Assembly (NCBI GenBank): GCA_047495785.1
Contig: JBLDXI010000010.1
Coordinates: 434,001 to 498,000 of the forward strand
Reading direction: 5' to 3'
From: Lepidodermella squamata
Taxonomy: Eukaryota > Animalia > Gastrotricha
DNA length: 64,000 nucleotides
Part shown: in pieces, positions 49,252-58,826 of the stretch
Position numbering within the stretch: the first letter of the stretch is position 1
Layout: each line of letters opens with the position of its first letter
Program-made: the position numbers and the translations under genes
The notes under the pieces: model-generated
The model's input: the letters and a program-made list of their open reading frames with translations, nothing else
Databases searched by the model: none
Told to the model about the DNA's origin: nothing

Positions 49252-49884
49252 AATTAGTATCTAAATAAATAAAAACCAAAAGAATGTAAATCGAACTCGA
49301 CATCATAATTATTATTATTCGGCTTTTTTCCAGTTTTACAAAAATTGTGACGTATCGAATAGTACAAAAGAGCACGCGCTTGTTTCGTTATTAAAATTGT
49401 TTCAAGCAACCATAAAATCATTTTTTTCACCAAGTTTGGTGACGATATCAGACAATAAAAACCATGTGCGACGGACGCCGGACCACCCCGATTTTTTGCC
49501 AGAAAGCATCGATAATTAGCCGATTTATCATTGTTTTTCGGGCTGAATTTTTCAATTCGAGGCTCAGGCAAAAAATCGGCCTAGTCCACATATATAAAAA
49601 CAAGTGTATCCTCTACCAAAAAAACACCGATAAAAGGAGCAACGAGTTGTTTCCTTGAATGAAACACCGAAAGAGAACGATAGAAAAGTAGCATCGGTAG
49701 TCAGTCAGTATATTATTAATATAGATTAAAATTGACAATAATATATCGTCAGAAAAATTGGAAACATTTGGTTTTTCGATGAGAGCTACAGGAGTAATTT
49801 CAACATTTCCTCGACAAAAATTCAACACAACGGCAATACAATTTTCAGGTCATTTTAATAATATTGAAAAATCCGCCTTAAAAA

Positions 49885-51657
49885 TCAGCTTTTCGCCTGT
49901 TCATTGCCAGACGAGTTGCTTTTAACAGCAGGTTCGTTGTTACTATTCGGTTGAGAAATCGGGGGTGGGGTACTCGCGGCCGGTGGCGGCGGCGGGTTAG
50001 AAGATAGCGGAGATGGCGGTAGGCGGGGGATTTCGCTAAATTTCCGCCTCGCTAGTATCGAAGCTGCTGGGTTCGGCCCAATAGCACCGGCAGGTAACGC
50101 GCCACTCAGCTCTTCCATGCCCAACGGGCCGTAATACAAATCGCCAGATCGTTGTTTCAGATGCCGGGCTGGTAGGGGCGGCGGCGGGGGTGGCATTGAG
50201 ACGGGTTCAGCCGAGTTCTGGCGCACCATCGACGGCGCCTGGGGTACAAAAGTCTGCGGCGCAGATTGAAGCCGCAGCCGCTCTTGCGCGATTATCTGAG
50301 CGATGTTTTCATAGCCGCCGCGATGGCTGTCCGCGGCACCGGTCGGGCTCGTGAAAATCGAACTCCTCGGCCGGCGGTTTATCGCAGATTGCACCGAGTT
50401 GTTGTAATGCGTCGTGTAATTGCCCACGCTCATGCGACTCGGGCCGACGTAGGACGTTCGCGCCGTCCCTGCCCCGCCGAATGACATTCGATAGTCGGCC
50501 ATTCCGGACGAGAAATGCCTCGCCACCGTCGCGATTGGTTTCTGATGCGGCGTGGGAGAAATCGATCGATTCACCTGAGTATCCGAATTCGATAGAATAC
50601 CACCCAGCGCCGCTTGAGTTCGCTCGTCGATTGACGTCGATAAACTTGTGCCGCTGTTTAAATCACTCTGCGAGGTTAGAACGACACTTCGATTACTGCC
50701 ACCGCCTTGAACTCTCAGGTAGAAGTGGCGGTACAGCGCGGCTTGGTATCGTTCGTATAAAGCTTTTGTTTCGTTGAGTTCAGCTTCTAAAACTCTGGCA
50801 AGCATTGCGTCGTACGCGTGAAGGGTTGGCAAGTCGAAAGATTCCCACTGCAAAAAGTGGTCGAATTTTTCTGGCGCTCGGAAATATATCAACAGCCATT
50901 CAGGAACAACTGAAAATAATAAAAAACGAATAATACAGCATTCAAATATGACTTCCGAGATCCAATGTTCAATTTTCAGATCTTTAGGATATTCAAAATA
51001 TTTAGCGGACAAAAATGCACAATAGGCTGAAAAGAGAACCAGAGTTATGAAAAATTGTATGGCTATTTTTGTGAATAATATGTTGGAAAATTCCTGGCGA
51101 TTCTTAGAAATTACTCATTTTTTTTGTGAAAAATATTCAAATTCCATGTTGTGGAATATTTCAAGGGAACGCCTTTTCAATTTTTCCTGCCGTGATTCAT
51201 CTAAATAAAAACTCAGTAATAGCTCGCTGTGAAACTCGATTTTCTTTTTTTTCAAGCGAATCGAATACAAAAATCGAATACAAATAGGAAATTTTTCCAA
51301 CAAAAATTCAAAAAATTCTTCTTAATAAAATGACTCCATAATATTATTTTCAATAAAATATAAAATAAAAATCGACAAATTCTTTGAAAAATTCTCAACA
51401 AAAATTCCTATAAATAAAGAAGTAGATAATATAAGATAATTTATTTGCTTACCATTGGATGCTACTGAGGACCGCATAGGGGTCGGCGTGAGAAAAGACC
51501 CGCTTTGCGAAGCATCAACCGGTTGGCAAATGCCGAGACCTGTATCTGCCGATGACGAGGAGGAACCGGTGAGGCCAAAGCCAGGCATGTGATCGAGCGT
51601 AGATGCCCGAGGCGCCATACCTTCGTCATCTGGTCTATTATTATTACTTTTTATCAT
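49885..51657 (-). CDS. Salvador-like SARAH-domain protein without WW domains (exons 51453-51657 and 49885-50909)
   Basis: VPEWLLIYFRAPEKFDHFLQWESFDLPTLHAYDAMLARVLEAELNETKALYERYQAAL closely follows SAV1 as recalled (IPDWLQVYARAPVKYDHILKWELFQLADLDTYQGML..ELEQIVKMYEAYRQAL); phase-1 intron GTAAGC..TTTTCAG. Confidence 0.8.
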
Positions 51658-52016
51658 AACAACTAAAAATACAAAAATTATCAATTCAACACCACTCAAT
51701 TTTTCTTTGCATTTTAAAACTGAACAACAGTATTTGATTACTTTATTCCGAGAGCCTTAATATTACATTTTCCTTCTAATTTGTTGACTACTTCTCCAAG
51801 AAAAGGTCAGTTTTATCCACTATTAAAACAATCCAAGTGGCAGTCCGAGTGTTTAAACGGGGCAATTTTTTCTAATGGTAGAAACAGGTGTCAAAGTATA
51901 GACCTTCTCAATCACAAATATAATTACTATCAGAGTGCGTGAATTTCATTTTTTTCAAGTCGATCCGGGTTTCATTATTTCTTATCATTGAGTTCTCATG
52001 GCCTAAATACATCCGT

Positions 52017-52534
52017 TTATTTTTTCTTCTTCAGGAACAGAGGATCGACCATGTTCCACAGGGTGTCACCGATGAACAAGAAACCAACGCCGATCATTGC
52101 CCAGATGGCATAGAAAGCGGCCATATCGCGGGCGCCCATTTTCTGCCACACCAATTTGCCGTCTTTCTTCTACAAAATTATAAGAAAAATGTGTGTTAAA
52201 TTAAAAAAAAAAATTTTGAATTTTAAATTTTTCAAAAAATTTAAGGAGGACGAACCAGGAAAAATTCCTGCGTTTCCATGATTTTCTTGTAGTGAGGGGT
52301 ATTCGGGACCAGGCCGTACTTGCCAGTGTTGCCAACAGCGGTCGACATGGTCGAGGATTGGCGGACGACGGCAGTGCCGCGCTGCGGGCCAGCAACTTCG
52401 GCGAATTCGGTGAAAGCATCACGGACGAGGCCGCTGCTCTTGTTGCCGCTGCGGACAATGCCCTGAGGCACGTAGCTCGAAGCGCCAGCCGATTGCAGGC
52501 GACCAATGACTTGGTTAAACCGGTAGTACGACAT
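52017..52534 (-). CDS. COX7A2L: Cytochrome c oxidase subunit 7A family, long COX7A2L/SCAF1-like form (exons 52256-52534 and 52017-52169)
   Basis: MSYYRF..SYVPQG N-terminus (cf. MYYKF..AYSPQG) and QEFFL|KKDGKLVWQKMGARD followed by one TM helix; 143 aa. Confidence 0.75.
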
Positions 52535-52698
52535 TATCGCCGGTTATTACGGTTTAAATAACCACTATAAAATACAAAAAAAATCGATAAATTAAGGTAA
52601 CAAACTCGGCTAAGAACAGCTTTTATTAAACAAGTCATGATAGACAGGTGTAACAGTGCAACCGGATTGCAAATTGCGGTTTTTTTCCTCTTATTGAA

Positions 52699-55600
52699 CT
52701 AATCCGAGTCTGAATCGGACGAGGAGCCGGATGAAGACCCGGAACTTGAGCCTGACGACGATGAGGAACTGCTCGACGAGGCCGAGCTGTGGCGGGCGCG
52801 TTTCGGCTGGCCCGGGTAGTTCGCCTGGGCGGCTGATTCCTTGTCGAGGCCGCGGCGGGGCTGCGGTTCGGTTACGCGGCTGCGGACCGGCGGCGAGTCG
52901 TCGGATCGCCTCGGTCGGCTGGGCGGGCTTGGCGAACGGCGACGGGCCGGCGGGCTCGGAGAGCGGCGGCGAGCAGGTGGACTGGGCGAGCGACGACGCG
53001 CAGTACGCGGCGATCGCGACTTTGAACTGAAAGAAAAATGTATCATTAGTAAATTTAAAAATATGGCTCAAGTTTGTATTCGAAGAGATAAAACTTCAAC
53101 GGTTAAACTTAAACTAACCATGTTACTTGGGAAAACTGAATTAAAATCCGCTGGACGCGTCATTCCAATAAATTTTAACCAATTTATGTTTTTCAAAGTT
53201 TAAAAATCGGTTTTTCGCCGAAAAATGCTAAAATTTGAAACAAAGGTGAGCAGGGTTTTCCTGTAAATTTTGAGAATTTTCTAATTTTTATCTGATTTTT
53301 ACCTAGAAAAGTTCTGAAATTCTACCTAGAAATTGAGATTTCAAAATTTCCAGCTATACACAACAAACGAAATCCATTAACGAGACTTATTGAGGAACAC
53401 CATAAATACCGTAAAATACAGCCCTGGCCTGTAAATTTACAGTCCTCAATAATTTCGAATTTTAGAAACTAAAACAGAAGTTTTCTGGCCATGTTTTATC
53501 CTCAGCACTGAGCTATAATTTACAGTCTGATCTGTAAAACGAAACTTCAGCAATTTCAATTTGATAAGTTCAGGCGCCGCGATTTCAGAATGTATTTTCA
53601 ACTCACTTGGAACGAGCCACAGGTTTGCGACTCGGCGGCGAAGGTGATCGCCGTTTTCTTGCCTCGGGAGAACGGCGCCTGGGAGACGGCGATCTACGCC
53701 TCGGAGAAGGCGATCGGCGCTTTGGCGATGGTGATCGCCTTCGTTGAGGCGGAGATGGAGAGCGACGCCTCGGAGGTGGAGAAGGTGAACGACGCTTCTG
53801 CGGCGGCGAAGGGGATCGGCGTCTCGCAGGCGGCGGGGAAGGCGAGCGACGTCTCGCAGGCGGCGGAGATGGCGATCTGCGACGCTGGGCAGGCGAAGGC
53901 GACCGTCTAGCCCTACGCTGGGGCGGCGACGCAGACCTAGACCGGCTTCGCGACTGATTCCTCCTAACCGGAGACGGCGATCGACGAGTTTTACGCGGCG
54001 ATGGCGACCTACGGCGCGGCGGTGGAGAAGGAGAGCGACGCCTCTGCGGCGGTGGAGATGGCGATCGGCGCCTTTGAGGCGGGGAGGTCGACCTTGATCG
54101 ATTCCTAGCATTATTCCGACCCGCTTTAGCCGGCGAAGGCGATCTACGGACGTTGCGCTGAGGCGGTGGCGATGGCGATCGTCTTCGCTGGGGTGGGGAG
54201 GGTGACCGCGATGCAGCAGACGATTCAGTGGATGCCTTCCGGTTTCGCCGCTGTTTCGGCGATGACGACCCTGAACGACCCCGGCGACCCTGGTCCGGTC
54301 GGGTTTTAGCTGGTGGAGGGGATGGTGACCGCCGTTGCTGCCTTTTCTGAGGAGGCGGTGAGGGTGAACGGCGCCGTTGAGGCGGGGGAGACGGCGATTT
54401 TTGGCGACGCCTTGGCGGCGATTTCTCCGCTACTCGTCTCGGCGGTGGAGAGGGCGAGCGGCTTTCAGACGATTTTGGCCTTCGATCCCGACGAGGCTGT
54501 TGTCTTGGCGATCTCGACCTGGTTCGAGACCTCCTACCACCACGGTTGGTTTGCTGCTGAGGTGGAGGTGGTGGATCACGTTCAACGCTAACCCTCTCCT
54601 CCTTAATTTTGACTGGAGTATTTTCATCCCTCTTCGATTTTTTCTTCTTCGACGATTGCCGTTCGTCCTCAGACGGCGACTCCGAGTAAGATTCGGACGA
54701 ACTATCGCGGCGTTTCTTGCTCTTTTTCTTCTTCTTTTTCTCCTCCTTCTTCTCCTTCTTCACAGTTTTCTCCTGCTTGACTGATAGCGGTTGCTGCTGA
54801 TTCGAGGCGGCGAGTTGGTCAAGTTTCTGCTGCAATTGCATCGTAGGTTTTTGCGAGTTCTTCAAAACATCTCGCAATTCGTCCGTCAAACCACCTAAAC
54901 CAATGGCTGTGAAAAAATTGATGGCGAAACGAATGTTTTTCGGCGAATCGGTCGGAAAAACGCCATTGAAAGAAGCTTTCAACGTCGGATCCTGGAATCG
55001 CTCGTTCAACTTGACAACACCCATTTGTTCGGCGAGTTCCTATTAAAATAAAACAATTCAAAAATAAATAGTCCACCTTAAAATTATTCAAAAAATATAT
55101 TATTTACCTGGAACAAAATTTTGATGAAAATACGACCAGAACTTGTCGTAGTCTCCTCGGTGAGGACTATACAAGAAAAGCAAGACCAGCTGATGGCGTC
55201 TGAGAAGAACAAATGAGCGAATAATTTCGCGACATTGCGCAGCTTCATCAATTCAAGCCGGTGGCACGTGTCGTATTGATCTTTAAAAATCTGCTCGAAA
55301 AACGGCACGTATTTTGCGTTTATTTTGCAAAACCGCTCGGCGAGAAGGCCGAAAAACTTTTCGTACGTCCGCAACTGAGCCGCGCAGTCAACAATCATAT
55401 AACACAACTCCTGCTCCTGCTCCGGCTTCAGCGTCATTTTCAACAATTTATGGGCAGCTTCTTCGAAATTTAAGCTGGATTGGATTGCGAGGTAAATCGT
55501 TCGACGTAGATTGACCATGTTGACCTCGGTGTTGTCGATAATACCCTGGTCACCCTGGCCTTCTCCGCCCTCGCCTTCACCCTCTTCATCATCCTCGTCG

Positions 55601-56517
55601 CCTTCTTCACCACCCTCGCCCCCTTCACCCTCTCCGTCGTCATCGCCTATAATTTCACGCTTGATTTCCTCATATTTCGCCTCATTTTCCAGGAAATTGT
55701 CGTCGAATTTGAACACGTCCAACTCGCGCTCCTCGGAAATATCGTCCTCAAGCGACATCAAATGCGTGTATTGATCACCCTCTTCGACCAAATCCAGCTC
55801 AGAAACAACAGTAGGGTGGTCCTTGAAGTTGTCCTTTATCACAGCAAACATAACCTCAATCATATACTGCGTTCTCGGGTCGATTTGCGCCTCGTGTAGA
55901 ACCGCGCGTAACCGATCGGTGATTGCGACTAAACCACGCGGTGAGACAACTTTCAACCGGGCGCCGCACTCCTTGAGGAAGGCAATCGCAACTTCAACCG
56001 AGTCATCAGTCGGCTGTTCGAGGAGTAGCATCAAAATTTCAAGGGCGAGCAACTCGTGCGCCACCTGTTGATTCACCAAATGCGCGACGAAACGCGTCGA
56101 TGAAAGACACAAATTTTTATCACGACGCTTGTAACCCTTTCGGAAGGAGATGATCAAACGCCGAAGTAGAAGCTCACCAATTGCCGGGAATTTCGTGTTT
56201 ATCACAGCGACTAAAGCCGCAAAAACGTTAGTATAAGTCGGCGAGAAGGTCTGGCATTGAATGAGAGACCGCGCGAGTAACCCTCGGCCTCGAACCAAAT
56301 TTTCGCCGAATAATTCACGGATGACATTTGTGATATTAGGCGTGTTGACTTTGTTAACAAAGCCGTGGATTGATTTTTTGAGCGCTTCCCATGACAAGCG
56401 TTGGTATCCGACGCCTGATTTGTCGGCGACCTGCTGCTGCATCATCATTTTCAGCTTCATGGGCGGAATGTAAGCGCCGCCACTGCGCGATAACAAATCC
56501 TTCGACGAACTGGCCAT
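52699..56517 (-). CDS. CWC22: Pre-mRNA splicing factor CWC22 (MIF4G + MA3 + RS tail); exons 55108-56517, 53607-55039, 52699-53026
   Basis: [48 protein letters not shown]|[24 protein letters not shown]; junctions in frame. Confidence 0.97.
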
Positions 56518-56674
56518 CTCTGATTTGATTTTATCAATTAAAATCACCTAGAATCGAAAATAAATTATTAGTGAAATTTCAAGAAAGAAAGGAAAGTCTC
56601 AATTAAAATATTTGATGATCAGTTAAACTGCAGAAAATTAAGAGAAAATGTATTTTTTTCTCCTCAGTAAAATC

Positions 56675-57060
56675 AAAGTGTCAAAATTTGTGAAAAATCG
56701 GATGGGATATAGTGAAATCATCACCAAATTATTGAATTCAGTACCAAACATCATTGAAATTCGTACCAAATTATTCCAAATAGTTCCAAATCCCCAATTT
56801 GAAGACCCAGTCTTCAACCCTAACCTAACCCTAACCCTAACACTAACCCTAACCAGTTGAAAAACGAATATAATGGTTAGGTATTGAATTAAATGAAATT
56901 TGGTACCGGCGTAAGATTTTCCCAAATCGGATTGCCATGAAGGCCCTGATACGAGGTGAATTGGTTTTTGTTATCAGTAGTAACTGACAAGAGCAGTGGA
57001 TTAAATACTCTTCGTCTTTTCTAGAGCCAAATTCTTCGTCATTAGAGACAACAGACATGT
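56675..57060 (-). pseudogene. Duplicated 3' fragment of PMS1, interrupted by a MITE
   Basis: Matches the last about 45 codons of PMS1 (SVVSNDEEFGSRKDEEYL.. through NPIFHKF*) with indels. Confidence 0.85.
56704..56923. mobile_element. 220-bp insertion with a 9-bp TSD (Mutator-like MITE) carrying (CCCTAA)n-like repeats
   Basis: aaatcggat duplicated at 56695-56703 and 56924-56932; GGGA..TCCC ends; the empty site is visible in the parental PMS1 copy near 58841-58850. Confidence 0.8.
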
Positions 57061-57069
57061 TTGCTGAAA

Positions 57070-58652
57070 TTACACCGTAGGCTTTTGCGAGTTCGTGAAA
57101 ATATCTCGCAATTCGTCCGTTATACCAACTAAACCGATGGCGGTAAAAAAATTGATGGCGAAACAAATATTTTTCGGCGAATCAGTCGGAAAAAGGCCCT
57201 TGAAAGACGCCTTTAAGGTCGGATCCTGGAATCGCTCGTTCAGTTTGACAACATCCATTTTTTCGGCGAGTTCCTATTAAAACAAAACAAAAAATAAGAA
57301 ACAATACTTTATATGACAAGAAATCAAAATATTCATTATTGAACTGAATTCATTGAATGTTTGCATCAAAGTATTCAAATTTGCAAAATAAACGGAAGAA
57401 CGAACTAGTCCGCCTTGAAATTCAATACACTGTAAAAAATCTCTGGCTATATATCCGCTAATTAGCCACTCGAGCCCATATAGTTGTTTGGATAAAAACC
57501 CCCCATAGAACCTCCTATTTAGCCCTTCAAATTATTTTACGCGGGCTATTTACCCAAATGAAATTATTTTGGGTAATTAACGAAAAATGTGTATTTTAAA
57601 ATGAGCAAGGCTGCTGTTTTGCGCAACGTTTCTTTTCTCACTCTCGGGCCAAAAACATCGCTATCGCAGTCCCATATTAAATGGGTCCCCCACAGAGTAG
57701 CAGGCTTCAAATAAAGCAGAGAGCAACAAATGGTGCACACTTCAGACCAAATGGCTTCAAAGCACTCCCATAAAAAGAGTAAAATGAAGTATTAAGCAAT
57801 GACCACCATGTTTTGGAATTAATGCTATTATTTTACTTAGAAGCCATTTTTTAATTTTGCTTTTAGGTCATGGTGCTTTGAAGCTTTTGCTTTGAAGCCT
57901 GTTACTAAATTTTCCCTACTTTGTAGGGGACCCATATTAAATGGGTATGTTTCATCCTGTAATTATCATTAAAGCAAAATATGGAACATTAATTGGATTC
58001 CTCTCAAAGTTAAATATATTTGGCTATTTATCCTATTTTATTCGAAATTGTGAAACAGTAATTTCCCAAAGTGGCTAAATACCAACTGCTATATAGCCAG
58101 AGATTTTTTACAGTGTATGGCTTGATTACTCAAGTTAATGAGACTTACCATGAATAAAAGCTTGATAAAAATACGACTAGAACTCGTAGTGGTTTCCTGG
58201 GTGAGAGTTATACAAGAAAAACAAGACCAGCTGATGGCGTCTGAGAACAACAAATGAGCAAATAATTTCGCGACATTGCGAAAATATATCAATTCATGAC
58301 GGTGACACGTGTCGTACTGGTCTTTGAAAATCTGCTCGAAAAACGGCACGTATTTCGCATTGGTCTTGCAAAACCGCTCGGCGAGAAGGCCAAAAAACCT
58401 TTTGTAGGTCTGCAACTGAGCCGCGCATTCAACAATCATATAGCACAGCTCTTGCTGCTGCTCCGGCTTCAGAGTCATTTTCAACAATTTATGCGCAGCT
58501 TCTTCGAAATTTAAGCTGGATTGGCTGGCCAGGTAAATTTCTTGACGTAAATTTACCATGTTAACCTCGATGTTGTCGACAATACCTTGGTCATCGAGCT
58601 TGAGCACGTCCGATTTGGGTCCAGTTTCAGAAATATCGCCCTCAAGCGACAT
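57070..58652 (-). CDS. MA3-domain-only CWC22 paralog, 235 aa (exons 58149-58652 and 57070-57273)
   Basis: ATG in the same upstream context as CWC22 (TCAGAGATG); intact donor GTAAGT (58148) and acceptor TTAATAG (57274) at the homologous phase-0 position; no internal stop. Expression unknown. Confidence 0.7.
57428..58115. mobile_element. CAC-terminal MITE (CMC/EnSpm-like) with a nested CCC..GGG element at about 57671-57945
   Basis: TA|CACTGTAAAAAATCTCTGGCTATATA ... TATATAGCCAGAGATTTTTTACAGTG|TA; inner inverted repeat cccatattaaatgggtcccccacagagtag / ctactttgtaggggacccatattaaatggg. Confidence 0.85.
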
Positions 58653-58826
58653 CTCTGATGCTATTTTATAACTTAAAATAACCTAAAATCGAAAATGAAT
58701 TATTAGTTAATTTCAAAAAGAAAAAAGTATCGATTCGAATTATTTGAGGATCAAAATTTCAAATAAATTTTAGAAAATTAAGAAGAGATAGTTGAGAGTT
58801 TATTTTTGCTTAGTAAAATCAAAGTA

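Noticed and set aside
52691-54784. Several long overlapping and antisense ORFs around the CWC22 tail
   Set aside because: By-products of GC-rich RS/Pro repeat codons with few stops; no independent splice or start signals.
56815-56855. Telomere or chromosome-fusion scar
   Set aside because: The repeat is short, degenerate and enclosed in a TSD-flanked insertion.
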